Shown: positions 51,796-64,000 of the stretch, piece by piece
Numbering within the stretch: the first letter of the stretch is position 1
How the letters are laid out: every line of letters starts with the position of its first letter
Notes under the pieces: generated by a model
What the model saw: only the letters and a program-made list of their open reading frames with translations
Database searches by the model: none
Told to the model about the DNA's origin: nothing
From: Marsupella aquatica
Taxonomy: Eukaryota > Plantae > Marchantiophyta
DNA length: 64,000 nucleotides
Assembly (NCBI GenBank): GCA_973895155.1
Contig: OZ316898.1
Span: 14,662,330 to 14,726,329, forward strand
Direction of reading: 5' to 3'
Program-made: the position numbers and the translations under genes

Positions 51796-54700
51796 ATGGA
51801 TCAGGCAAATGAGGATGGACAGTTGGGGCAAAGGAATCAGAGACATACCAATGAAGTGCGACTCCCTTTGCATCACCCACTGAGGATTACACGTCATGAC
51901 TCCAAGTTGTGGAATAGAGAGGTGCTTAGAGCAAGCCGGGGCAGAAATGCCCGGATGAGATGCCCCAGCATGCAATGTCGAGGATACCACTCGATGACCC
52001 TGAACCAAGTGCATTCTCATCTTCAAAGGCATGGAAGACATCCAATCCGCAGGGTGTGGAATGTGCCAGAGGAAGAGGATTCATCGGATGATGAATGGAG
52101 AGCAGATTTTGAAAATGTGAATACAGCAAGACGCTCTGCATTCTTTCATAACGTCACTGGTCATGCAGGCAACAATGCCGAAGATGAGTATGTTCCACAG
52201 GGAGGTCCCGAGACTTCTAATGAGGACGGGGCAGATGTTCCTAGGATGGTTTCTGACATTTTTCAAGACCTGGATGCACTTTATGAAGATGCAGAGGCAC
52301 AGGGGGACGAAGAACCAGACATGCATGGTGCAGATCCATCGGACCAAGAAGAGTTTGACATTGGAGAAGGAGCTGGAGATGATGGTCAATTCTTGGGAAC
52401 TGGGGCCTACTTGGAGGAAGCTACGTCCCCATTGTATGGTGGTGCAAATTGCTCCAAACTAGGGTTCATAGTGATGTTCCTCAATATATGTGGATGTCAC
52501 CGTGTGCCCAACATATGTGTAACAGAGTTGTTGATGTTCCTACAGAGGACAGTACTACCCGCTGGAAACATTGCTCCTAAGAACATGTATGAGGCAAAGA
52601 AGGTGATGAGCAAACTTGGTTTGAATTATGTGTCCATCCATGCATGCCCAGATGGCCATGTACTTTTCAGAAAAGAATATGCTGATTGCCTATCCTGCCC
52701 TATCTGCGGAAAGCACAGATATAAGAACGTGGGGAAGTCAACTCAACCTGCTAAGGTCCTACGGCATTTCCCTCTCATTCCAAGATTGCAGCGCCTCTAT
52801 AGGTGTCCATCCATTTCTAAGATGATGACTTGGACCTCTGATCAGAAGAGTACAGATGGTTTGCAACGTCACGTTGGAGATTCCAACCACTGGAAGTACA
52901 TAGATGAGAAGTGGCCGGACTTTGCAGCAGAGAGCAGAAATGTGAGGTTTGGTCTAAGCCTTGACGGTGCTAATCCTTTTGGAGACAAGAACAACGTGTA
53001 TTCTTGCTGGCCAGTGACTTTGATAAATTATAATCTCCCGCCTTGGATATCCACCAAGCATTTTTTTGTGATCTTGTGTCTTATGATTCCCGGCCCAAAC
53101 TCTGCTATAAGTGCAAACATAGATGTTTGGTTGGCCCCTGCGGTGGAGGAATGGGTTACTCTATGGACACATGGAGTTATGACAGTTGATGCACTTTGTG
53201 GACCTGGTAGACCGAGGACATTCAACCTACGTGCAATGTGTGTTAATTCAATAGCAGACTACCCTGGACATAGCATGATATCTGGGCAGGTAGGGAAGGG
53301 ATATCTGGGTTGCACACGATGTGGCCCAGATGTTACATCTGAACGGTCCATTTCCTTGGGCAGTATCAAATTCCAGGGCCACAGGCGATATCTTCCTGCC
53401 GACCACCCTTTCAGGCACAGGCAATCCCACATAGCCCACTTCAACAACCAGAGGGAGCTTCGAGAGTCTCCTGTGTTGGTTAGTAGAGACCAATTTCTGC
53501 AGTGGGGACTGAACAAGGTGTCTTATGATGAATATGGTGCTTGTAGAGACGTGTCAGATGACCCAGCAAAGACTCATGGCATCAAAAGGCAGACAATGAT
53601 GGACACATCATTGGAGTATTGGAAGGTAACATTTGCATATTCACTTGTACTCAGTGAACCTCTTCAGATCCTATGCACAACAGTTTTTAGTTCTTGTGTC
53701 TGAACCTAATTGTGGCAATCATGCGTACTTCATGGGTGCAGGATTTTGAGCCAAGCAAACATAACATTGATGTTATGCACATTGAGAAGAATGTATGCGA
53801 AAGTCTTTTGAAGTTTCTATCGGGGGACAATGATACTGCAGCAGTACGAAAGGACCTTCAGGAGAAGGGCATTCGTCCTCAACTTTGGCTGCAAGAATCC
53901 CAGAATAGGCCGGGTGTGGTTTTCAAGTACCAAGCTCCATATGTTTGCACCCAGAACGAGTGGAACACAATTTTGTCTAGGCTGAGTTCGTTCAGAGTAC
54001 CCTCTGGGTACGCTGGAGCCTTTGCAAAGCATATAAGGAAGAAGAAGTTGGGAAGCATGAAAACTCATGACTTCCATGTTATGATGCAAGACATTCTACC
54101 AGTATGTCTGAGGGGATTGATGCAAAAACCAGTTCGCAATGTCATTTTGAGACTGTGTCAGATCTTTCGTCGTATTTGTGTGAAGGTGTGGGACCCTACA
54201 ACATTTCCTCAGTTAAAGGCAGATACTGTGCGTGTGCTTTGTGACTTGGAGATTTATTTCCCGCCAGCATTTTTTGATGTCATGACTCATTTGATCATCC
54301 ATGCGGTTGAAGATCTGGGCCACTACGGCCCAGTGAGTACAAGGTGGATGTATCCAATGGAACGGTACATGAAGTTGCTAAAAGGCCATGTACGTACTTA
54401 TTACAGGCCTGAAGCAAGCATGGCTCTCGGTTACATTCAAGAAGAGACCTTGGGGTTCCTTACAGAGTACATGGCTGGTGTAGACAGTGTTAGGAGCAGG
54501 GTGTGGGATGCTGAGGAAGAAGAGGGGGTGGCTGGAGAGGTTCTTCAAGGCGCTTTTACTTCCTTGCAATTGTCTGCAGAAGTTCGTGATGCAGCACACT
54601 TATATGTCTTACACAATACAGTCATGATGCAACCTTGGTGGCAGTGAGTACTCATGTTTCCGCACCCTCCTTGCATTCCTTCTTTATTCATATCCATTTT

Positions 54701-55508
54701 GGTAGGATATGTACATTGTATTGAGAAATTGTTCTCATTGTCATCATGCAGGGAATACAATGTGCAGAAGGCCGCCCAATTAGGGTTAAATCACCAGGCA
54801 TTCCCTACTTTTCCTGAGTGGATCAGGACAACAATTCGAGAGCATAGCAGGCAGAACCCAAACATGGATAGAGATGTTCTCCTCTTGTCTGTGCCTCCCA
54901 GACGTATTGTACAGCGGTATAAACGGATGAAAGCATATGGGAATCAGTACCGTGTGCATGATGATGAGGACAAGCATTTAGTGACATATAATTCGGGGGT
55001 AATATCTGTGTTTGAGCATATAGATGCTCAGAGCAACAGGGGCTGGATGGAGATGGGATATGTTGGGGAGTTGGCAGACATCTGGGCACTGAATTATGGG
55101 AACACATCACAACAAATCATCCTAATGAAAGGTTCATGGGTGAAGCCAGATTGGCATGGGCCAAGAGCGACCATGAAACGGGATATGGATGGCTTTCTAA
55201 TGGTCAATTTTAACCAAAGACTGGCAGAATGGATGGAGCCTTTTGTGTTCCCAAGTCAAGTGGAGCAAGTATTTTTTTTAGATGTGGAGGAGTCTCGTGG
55301 TTGGCGTGTAGTCTGCCATAGCTCACCTAGAGTTCGAAGGATGGACGGTACTAAAATAGAGTTCAGTTTGGATGCACATGGGGCCTTTGAACAGCTGGCA
55401 GTAGACGTTGTACATCGGGGCCAGGGGACCAGGGAGTACATCCCCTTGACAGTGAGACAGACTTATGAGGGAGAGGTTGAAGCTGACATGGACGAAGATG
55501 ATGAGTAG
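51796..55508 (+). CDS. tnpD: CACTA TnpD/Tnp2 transposase, 3 exons, ~1162 aa, apparently intact
   Basis: Exons 51796-53625, 53742-54643, 54752-55508 (phase-consistent GT-AG). Motifs IHACP, LSLDGANPF, YNLPPW, ADYPG, HNIDVMHIEKN, FFDVMTHL, WMYPMER, EPFVFPSQVEQVFF. Confidence 0.95.
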
Positions 55509-55971
55509 TTGGATTTGTTTTGTTGTGAGTAGGTGACTCTTTGAAGTGCAATGAGTAGCAAGTATGAGCAATAAATGGATGACTTGTTTGTGCAACCGCA
55601 GTAACTTGGTGAGTAGGATGCCAGACGAAAATGGCATGTGTGAGTATGAGAAGCAGGCTGTGAAACATCGAGCATGGGTTCGCCAATGTGCCGCAGCCCT
55701 GTTGGGTGATGTGCAAGAGGCTATTTCGGATATGTAAGGGACTGTGCATAGTATGAGCTGTATGTGTATCTCTTTGTGTGCGTCTGTTCATTGTGTAGCT
55801 TTTGTAATGGACTACTACATACATAACCTGTGTCGAATTTCATGTGGGTGTTGCAGTAACAAAAGTATCCCAACACTGTCGAAGCGGAGTCAGTGTAGAC
55901 GGAAGACCTTCTGTAATCCTGACGGACCAAGGCGACGCAGTGAGAGGTTGACTTCAAAGACCCCTATTTCA

Positions 55972-58836
55972 ATGGCTGAATCTCCTGATAAGAATGAGGT
56001 AGAGGATTGCATGCCTGATGTTGGTGATACAGAATATGATCCTGACCAAGATCCGAATGCAAGTGCTAGCATGTCAGAGGATGATGACATGCCAAATCCT
56101 ACCCCTCCACCAAAGCCTGCTTGCAGTAAGGCAACTGGGGGAACTTCTATGAGATCTCGACCGACGCCCTCTGTATACTCAGCCCAAGCCCCAAGCAACA
56201 GCAATTGCAATAACCCCCAATTTAATGCCCCCAACTATAACTGGCCGCAAGCACGATAGGGGGGCAATAACTATGGCGGGTCTATGGGTGTAGGCCCTTC
56301 TGCCAGCTATATGGGTCCAAGTTGGCCAAGTAAGTGTGAACATTTTAATTTGTTTCATGTGGACAAGTGTATTTTGAGCTCAAATTGGCTGATTGTGTTC
56401 CTCAATTGATGTGGGTCTGAGTATGACAATTTGCCTGGTCTGATGTGAATGGCAGACCCAATGTGGGACCGTATGCAGCCCACAAATATGTATGAAGGAG
56501 GGTCAATGGGGCCATCGGGGCAATTCATGGGAGGTCCTCTCCCAATGGCGACAGGATGGCAAGGTTATGGTGGGTATGGTGGGAACCCAGCACCAGCACC
56601 AGCACCAGCACCTTCAGTCCAACCGACACAGAGTCTGCGGAGGGGAGGAGGTATTTTCTACAGCAGTTCTAAGTAAAGTATTGAAATCAGGTAGTTCACA
56701 GAGACCATATGATATTAATGGTGTTAATTGCGTTTCTCTTTTCAGATAACCCTATCACACCCCGCTCAGGCCATGGGAGAGCAACTATTGGATTTGCAAC
56801 ACCAAGTAGTGCGTCAGGGAGCACTGGGAGAGGTGAGAATGTGAAGTTGGGTACTGTTGAAGTTGATGATGAAGGCCGGATCACAACGATGAGTGCTGGA
56901 AAGAATAGATGGCACAATGACTTGCAAATGGAGTGTCTACGGTGGTTGGACATTAGCTGTACTAACTTTAATTGTCAACATCCATCTGACTGGGAACTGG
57001 TTTGCAAATATATGCGAGACAAGTGGGAATATTTGGGGAATTCTGGGAAAGGGGTCAGTGCTGATTGTCTTGCAGAGTATGGACGAACTATCATGAAAAT
57101 AGAGAGGCATCGATTGCACAAAGCATGGATTGCTGATGGCAGTAAACCACATGCTGAAGCACCCCCAAGTGTTCATGTAGAACAATGGGCTCGACTGAGA
57201 GGGACATTCCTGTCTAGGGCAGGACAAGAGAAGTCTGCACAAATGATTGCTGCTAGAAATGCAGTGAAGAATCCTACGCTTACAGGGAGGGGAGGACATG
57301 CACCAGTAGTAGCCAAATTGGTTGGGTTCCCATGCCATACATATCTTTATTTACATTTCAATATTTGAGTGGACTGTATGTAGTTGTAGCAGCACGCTAC
57401 GTTTAGGCAAGATTGACATTGAGAAATGTGTCTTGCAATGTTTATGTGCTCCAGAAAAAGCTTACTGGAGAGAAACCCACAAAAGAGGAGGTTGTGGCAG
57501 AAATCAAAAGGGTAAAGTGTGATGAAGGCAACATTGGATCTAAACAGGTAATTTAGGAGCATTATTGATGGACAATCTGTTATACAGTCCTTCTTCAGAT
57601 GTACAGTACTGTCAGCCCTTATGCAATTGTAAAATTGCTAAGAAGAGCCGTTTGGTTGGTGTATGTGATATATAGCAGGGAGCAGTGTCTACCCTTACAG
57701 AGATATCAGACCGGTTGAAGACTGTGGAGAACGCTTGGCCATCAGTAGAGACTGAGATGAAGAGTCAATTCAAGGACATAGCTAGTCTTCTTCAAAGCCA
57801 AGGATCAACCTTAAGGGAAGTACAAGCTGAACTACGTGAGTTGCGGGCGATGCACATTGCTGGCAGGGTTGAGCACCCAATTGCACATCCATATGAAGAG
57901 CCTGCAAATATTGTGGAAGTTGTGCCTACAAAGAAGAGTGGTACGTGTCATCTGAAATCATGTTTAGTGTAGTGTGACTTTACCTAGGAATTTGAGGTTC
58001 ATGGATGCAGGATGGTTCAGGTTCAGGTTCTAGACCCTGAAGGTTTGTTACATTGTGTATCAGGTGATCAGATTGCAGTGGTTGCAGCAGATCCAAAGAT
58101 CATCGAACCTGGTACAACTGTCATTGAGAGTAAGTAAATGTTGGTTTGAAGACTCTGTCTGGCCTGTTAATGTGGTTGAGTATCTATGCCATGTACGTTC
58201 AATTAGTGCAAACTTGATGGTTTGTTGACAGCTTTAGTGCCTATATGCTTAGTTGTAAATGAAGGAATTTGTGGCTGCTATTGAGGTACAGAGCCAGCAC
58301 AGGAGGAGGTGCGCATACCAAATCCAGCAGGCAGGAAGAGGAGACGAAACTTAGAGGCTACCAAATTTTCAGATTCACAGGAGAAGCAGAGTGATGACAA
58401 TGATGTGATTTTCATAGACTCTCAGCCTCCCCCAGGTATTGGAGATGAGTTTTCTCAATCCCCACCACTGATGAACATGGGAAAGATGAGGACCAGAAAC
58501 AGTGGGAAGGAGACTTTGCCTTACAAGGCACCAAAGAAGAAGAGGAATAACACTTCTCCAAAAGGGACAGCAGTGAGCATTGTAGCACAGTCTTCTAGGC
58601 TAATGGCAACTGATAATTCTGGTGTTTGTGTTGGGCAAGGCATACTTCAAATTGAAGCAAGTACTTTCCATGGAAAGAAGGTACTTGCTGATCATGTTGT
58701 GCTGTTGTTGACTGCTGTCAGTAAGCCCAAATATCTTCTACCCTTTCCAAACAAGGGAGATGATCCGCCACACATCCATCTTGTGGATGCTGTGGAATCA
58801 TTTGTGATGTGGCCTGAGAAATTTGTAGAGTGTTAG
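55972..58836 (+). pseudogene. CACTA TnpA-like ORF2, multi-exon, with premature TAG at 56257-56259
   Basis: Downstream of TnpD. Transposase_24/Ptta-like segment (PPSVHVEQWARL...KSAQMIAARNAV...TGRGG), coiled coil and C-terminal HGKKV..DHVVL..V...LPFP...L.DAV.SFVMWP. Exon borders only partly resolved. Confidence 0.7.
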
Positions 58837-60991
58837 GTACCAAATACAATTTGAGACTCAAAATGTGAAGGATTGTTTCAATATATGACCACAATTTGGA
58901 GTACATGATGTTGGGTAATACTCTTTTTTTTATGGATTGCTCATATTTTGAGTTATTATCGTGCCATTGTTAGTTGGATTGGTGCTTTTGTGACATTAAT
59001 GACTCAGTCTCGACTATGAATGACAGCATTGTCTACGGAAACTAGTGCGGTCAATTGAGTGTTATCAATCACTCAAGGAAAACCCCATATGACTCGAACT
59101 AAGTCATTCTAAACACTTATGTTTGACTGATGTATGGTTCCAAATACTTGACCCTCTAGTCACTAAAATGACTAATGACACTAGTCAATAATATGACTAA
59201 GTTCATCCAAGTCACCACTTTTATGACTACTAGTTGCAAGAACGACGTCAGTGATTTTCAGTCATACATGACCGGTTTTAGTCATAGTTAGTCGTATTTT
59301 ATGGTAAAAAATAGGGGGTATTTCTACTAGTGTGTTAACACAATCACTTACCAATACTTGATGAGGTATACTGGATATTAAAGTACCATATGATAATATG
59401 AGGTACAGTACCAGGTCATAAGGTACCATAAGGTGAGACATGGCATGGTAAGGCACCATAAGAGATGGTGCGCCATACCCCAATATGATAACCCTACGTT
59501 GTGGATATGGTACGTGATGTGGTGCAAATAGGTTATGCCCACACCAAATCTAGGGTTGGACACCCAATCCAATTCCAAGGCCATGGATTACACCATATCA
59601 TCTTCGTTTTGTACTAATACTTTACTTTGTCATGGCATGTAATCGGTGACCATCAAGGAGTCTCCATTTCCCGATTGGAAGGAGACACGAGAAACAATCA
59701 ACCAAGGAAGATCTTCAACAAGCCTATAGTGCTGACAAGCACCTTAAGAGACTTTCTAGAAATTACACATACACTATATGCTTAAACCCAATTATGTTAC
59801 ACCCATGGGGATGGTAATACTCTTTCCTCCCATAAAGAAAGTAGGGGAGGTTTTAATGAGATTACATCCCCCACTTACACTTTACCACGCAACATGAATT
59901 ATAAGACATCTATTAGGAGAAGCTTTTCATTTATAGTAGACTTGAGATGGCTACACCATTTATAAAATAGGCTAGACATAAACAAAACCTATTGTATACC
60001 ACTGAATATACCCAAAGTAGACTCTTGATTGTAACATTTCAACCCCAATGTTACAAAGGGGGAGTGTTGTAACTCATACTTGAGTTAAGTCTACCTTTGG
60101 GATAACTACCTATGTAACTACCCTAACTACTTAGGCCGTAGCCACATGTACATATTCTACCAAGAGTAAAGATGGAACTAACTCTTTGTCTCATTTCTCC
60201 CACAACATAAACTTATTTTAAGTGCAAAGAGGCCAACAAACCTTTCATATATTAAATGACTACTATGTAATGTCACTTGTCTACCCAACCATTTATACGT
60301 AAAATACTACTCCCCTGTGGATAAACTGTTGGTATTGTGTTACAGGGTTGTGGAGGGACGCTATTTGGAGGATTTCCACACCTAAGGATGAGTATATTTG
60401 ACTCCGCTCCCGGAAATGTAATTTTTGATCAAGTCTACCGACTAGCCATTCTCTGCTTTGATCAAGTCCCATGGATTACACCACACACACACTTTTACTG
60501 GTCGTTGTGGAGTGCTGTCACCACCCCCCTTTCCTTAACTGGTTGACCAACCCAAGAAAGGATTCCTTAGACACTTCCTGGGAAAGAACACAATCGTGAA
60601 CCAGAAAACATAACGCAACACCAAACTTGAGAAATCAAATCAAATCCATATCTTTTGGTAAAAAGGATAACACATTGCAAGGACAACGCAGCCTCCTGCC
60701 GTCTGTCCAACTCCTGCCTCAATGGGGCAAGCGCTGTACCCTCTACCTCACTACTCTGACTCGGTTCCTCCTTCTGGTCCTCCGCTAACTTCCTGTAAGC
60801 AAACATTATACTGAGCTCCCCCCTAACTACTCCGGGGCTCTCCCCCTAAATACCAAAAAAACACCAAAGCACCCCTCACGGGGCCACAACGACGGCGGCT
60901 TACCCTAGCGGCGCCGCTAAACCCTTCACTAAGAAACCCCTAAACTAAAATCATGCGGCACACACATGATTCTAAAACCCTAAACCCTAAA

Positions 60992-62218
60992 CTAACAATG
61001 GGGCCGACGGTCCATACTCCCACTGACTTCCTTCACCACTATCTCAATGGCCCTGGAGATCAAATCCGGGGAAAGTGTGAAGCTAGGTGTGCAGGGGCTC
61101 TTCCGCTTCCCCAGACTCAAGGCCTCACTCCTCTTAGCCCTTGTCTCAAAGATCACCATTTGACTCCGTAGTGCTCCCACCTGGGCTCTTAACTCCACCA
61201 CTTCTCCAGAATTCTGCTTCTCTTTGGCCAATGCCTGTTTCAATACTCCAACCTCTTCCACTTCCTTGGCCTTGGTGGACAAGGCTCCCTTCAAGTTGGA
61301 GATCTCTACGTGAGCTGCTTGGAGAAGCTTAACCTTCTCATGAATGGCCTCCTCCTTGGCCTTGATCACCTCCTTCATAGACAGGGCACTCTGCTCCAAA
61401 GTCTCTACTCTAGCGGTGGTCTGCTTGAGAGAATCTCTCAATGCGTGGACTAGCTTGAGTCCCTCATGGACCCCCTCCCGGAAATCCCGTAACTCCGCCA
61501 GGTAGACATCTGGAATGTCGTAGACCAGGGGCTCTTCCGGATCTCCCACAAGTGATTCAAGCCACTCCAATGTGGAGTCCTCATCCTGGTTTTCTTCCTC
61601 TCTATTATCATCCCCAACCGCCGACGATGATCCCTCTGTTAGTTTCCCCAAGATGGTAGTGGTAATACTCCTGATTTCCGTGGTAAGGGATGATCTAGAG
61701 TCTTCCTGTCCCGGGGAAACAATCCACCCTTCTGCTCTGGCCAGCAAAAATGACCCCACCAAATGTACAGCCCCACCTGGTTTCACACTCCCGGGATTGG
61801 CGTCCAATAGCTTCTTCAACCCGTAGTACCACCATCCGTACACATGGGCTGGATAGTTCTTGATGTCCATAGCTACCACGAAATGCTCTCCATTCACCAC
61901 CCCGGATTGCATGTTACCAAGGACCCGTTGATGAACCTTGGCCAGAAATCCCTTGTGCTCAGCATCCTTGACGGCGGAAAGAGGAATGGAAGTAGTGGAG
62001 GTGGGATTAGTCACCCAACTGGCCACCACTGTCAACGTGAGCTCTCTCCTTATGTTCCGAGGTGTGAATGAGAATTGTTGGTTCTCCAGAAACAGAAGCT
62101 TAGCTAACTCCACATGGGCCACTACCCGTTGGAGACATTCAAAGTAGATTCCTTCCGTACGTAACTCCATCCCGGCCTCAATGTTCCAACTCTTCCCCGA
62201 AGGGATTGTAATCTCCAC
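60992..62218 (-). CDS. Extra ORF between pol and 3' LTR of the Gypsy element (408 aa, C-terminal coiled coil), function unknown
   Basis: Long sense ORF in the Gypsy 3' region; 5' end likely disrupted (62262-62460 upstream fragment). Confidence 0.6.
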   Translation of the reverse strand: MEITIPSGKSWNIEAGMELRTEGIYFECLQRVVAHVELAKLLFLENQQFSFTPRNIRRELTLTVVASWVTNPTSTTSIPLSAVKDAEHKGFLAKVHQRVLGNMQSGVVNGEHFVVAMDIKNYPAHVYGWWYYGLKKLLDANPGSVKPGGAVHLVGSFLLARAEGWIVSPGQEDSRSSLTTEIRSITTTILGKLTEGSSSAVGDDNREEENQDEDSTLEWLESLVGDPEEPLVYDIPDVYLAELRDFREGVHEGLKLVHALRDSLKQTTARVETLEQSALSMKEVIKAKEEAIHEKVKLLQAAHVEISNLKGALSTKAKEVEEVGVLKQALAKEKQNSGEVVELRAQVGALRSQMVIFETRAKRSEALSLGKRKSPCTPSFTLSPDLISRAIEIVVKEVSGSMDRRPHC

Positions 62219-62873
62219 CTTCGTGAGCCCGGTGGCTTGAAAATATTCCTACAATCCTCCATCACCTTGGCGGAGGTTTTGGGATAAATTCGACGAAAAC
62301 CTTCCTACTCACCGGTGCGGAACTTGCCGCCAGTCCAGTACTCATCGTAGCTTCTCTCTCTTCTCTCTCTCTTGCAATCAATGTCTCAATGTAGTCACGG
62401 TAAGCAGCCTTGTATCTCCGAATGCGTGCCGCACTAAACTCTGGTTGATCCAGCATCCATGCATCCAGAAATCAAATCCTCAATCACCAAATCCCGTCAC
62501 CCGTAGCAATGTCAATTCCCTGGCCCGAAACGGCCCCCGTATCCTGATCAATCAATTACCCTCAATTCCCTCAGAAGCCACTCCGTGCTGCTGCCGCTAA
62601 TGCCCGGAGAAATCATGCCAACAAGCCCCAACAATTGACCATGAGAAAGGGCTTCTAGAATAATTGCAAAATGTGGAGAGAGCTTTCGGCAAGAGTTGAG
62701 AGAGAGCCCAAGTTTTTGCTTTCGGCAATGAGTTGGTCTTGCAAAAGAGAGGAAGTGAGAAAATAGGAAGCAAAAAAAGGAACCCTCGTGGCTCCTCTGC
62801 TAATTTTCCCTCACGGCTGTGCCTTGCTTACGCCCTTAACTCACAACTGCGCCTTGCACCCCGACACCCTTTA

Positions 62874-63200
62874 CTCCTCCTCGCGGCTGCCCCTCGCTTA
62901 CGCCCCGGCAGCCCCTTTTGGGGCTCCGCCTACTCGCGGGGCAGCCCTCCATCTCGCGCCTGCTGCCTCCCAACTTGCGGGCACGCAGCCTTACGCTGGG
63001 CCCTCCACCTGGCGCCCCACGGCTCGTGGGCTCCTCCTCCCCGACTGCCCCTTGCTTATGCCCCGGCAGCCCCTTTTGGGGCTCCGCCTACTTGCGGGGC
63101 GGCCCTCCGTCTTGTGCCTGCTGCCTCCCAACTTGCGGGCACGCAGCCTTACGCTGGGCCCTCCACCTGGCGCCCCACGGCTCGCGGGCTCCTCCTCCCC
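62874..63200. repeat. Two tandem 158-bp GC-rich units in the Gypsy 3' non-coding region
   Basis: GCAGCCCCTTTTGGGGCTCCGCC recurs at 62908 and 63066. Confidence 0.85.
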
Positions 63201-63487
63201 GGCTGACTCCGCCATATTACACCGGGGCCAAGAAAAACTGCCAGGGTCTCCAAATATTAATGGGTGGTATCCCCTTAAGATGCCTAATTTTCTTCTCCCA
63301 CAATGACAAGACCCAAAAGAGCAAAGGGTCAATTAAAAAAATAGTTCCTCCCGGGTTCAAATAGCTCCGGCCCTCCAGAGCAACATGAACACACACCGGG
63401 ATGATTAACTTTTAAGAAATTAAAACAAAATTGAAAAACTCTTGTGTATATTGGCTTATTTATTTACATGCATCTTGCCAATAACAC

Positions 63488-64000
63488 CTAATGGTGACTT
63501 TTCGAGACGGGGACCCCGTCACATAGCTCCTCTCTTAATTGCGAAGCGCCCCCGTGAGCACCATACTCCTCCGTGTAGTACTTCTTCAGGCGTTCTTGAT
63601 TAATCCATGTGTTGAGTAGTTGCCCTTCCAGCGTCTTGAGCTGAACTGACCCATTGGAGTAGACTGCATCGACCATGTAGGGCCCCATCCAATGTGTATG
63701 TAGCTTCCCCGGGAAATGCATGAAATGACTGTCGTAGAGGAGCACCAAATCTCCCTCCTCAATGGACACACGGCGGAGATGGGAATTGTAGTGTAACTTC
63801 CGTTTGCCTTGCTGTTGCTCCGTGCGCGTCAAAGCCTCCTCTCGTACCTCCGTAAGTTGCTCCAACTGTTGGATCCATGCAGCTACACTACTTTCTTCCC
63901 CTTCCCTTTCTCGTATTAAGATTCAAATGGTGGGAACCTCAAATTCCACCGGCACAAGAGAGTGTTGACCAAACACAAGGAAGTAGGGGTTGTGGCCAGT
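63488..64000 (-). pseudogene. Gypsy integrase C-terminal (GPY/F module) fragment
   Basis: TGHNPYFLVFG...LVPVEF, then GDLVLLY...FPGKLHTHWMGPYMV...NGSVQL...INQERLKKY; a frameshift near 63900. Confidence 0.85.

Larger units (their letters stand above)
44104..59332 (+). mobile_element. Full-length CACTA (En/Spm) transposon, 15,229 bp
   Basis: Perfect 31-bp TIR CACTAGTAGAAATACCCCCTATTTTTTACCA and 3-bp TSD TGT. Contains TnpD, a TnpA-like gene and two cargo ORFs. Confidence 0.97.
41335..60207 (+). mobile_element. Non-autonomous Copia-type (Bianca-like PBS) LTR retrotransposon hosting a CACTA insertion
   Basis: Identical 143-bp LTRs at 41335-41477 and 60065-60207 (TG...CA). TSD TAAAC. PBS-like CGTTATCAGCACG at 41478; PPT AAAGGGGGAG before the 3' LTR. 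No intact gag-pol. Confidence 0.92.
60213..64000 (-). mobile_element. 3' part of a Ty3/Gypsy LTR retrotransposon
   Basis: Integrase C-terminus, an extra 3' ORF, and PPT GGAAAGGGGGGTGG (60534-60521) followed by TGACAGC (LTR start at 60520). Confidence 0.8.

Noticed and set aside
60975-60993. CCCTAAA telomere-like motifs
   Set aside because: Only about two units; common in plant repeats.
62733-63364. Overlapping 110-170-aa ORFs
   Set aside because: Derived from the 158-bp GC-rich tandem repeat.

Overview
Repeat-rich land-plant nuclear DNA (lineage not determinable here) with spliceosomal introns. It holds two host genes: a 5-exon organellar RECX gene (minus, ~6846-9698) and a 2-exon bifunctional sn-2 GPAT of the GPAT4/6/8 type (plus, 29540-32165). 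Around them lie a hAT element, a TIR/TSD-bounded MULE (11028-16507), two 297-bp MITEs with 8-bp TSDs, a pogo relic and a foldback element. The right third is a nested stack: a probable Gypsy 3' LTR > a non-autonomous Copia (identical 143-bp LTRs) > a complete 15.2-kb CACTA > a solo LTR. The main candidate for an undescribed system is the CACTA cargo upstream of an intact TnpD. One cargo gene encodes a protein starting with a histone-H3-tail-like peptide (MARPKQSAHR) fused to an EDM2-type composite PHD cassette, rebuilt to 240 aa by removing the solo LTR. The other encodes a tandem BRCT protein resembling the plant Pol lambda BRCT. Separately, the MULE carries a convergent small ORF that is essentially an RNase H1 RNA:DNA hybrid-binding domain. 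All family assignments come from motif recognition by eye; no database searches were run, so novelty is unverified.
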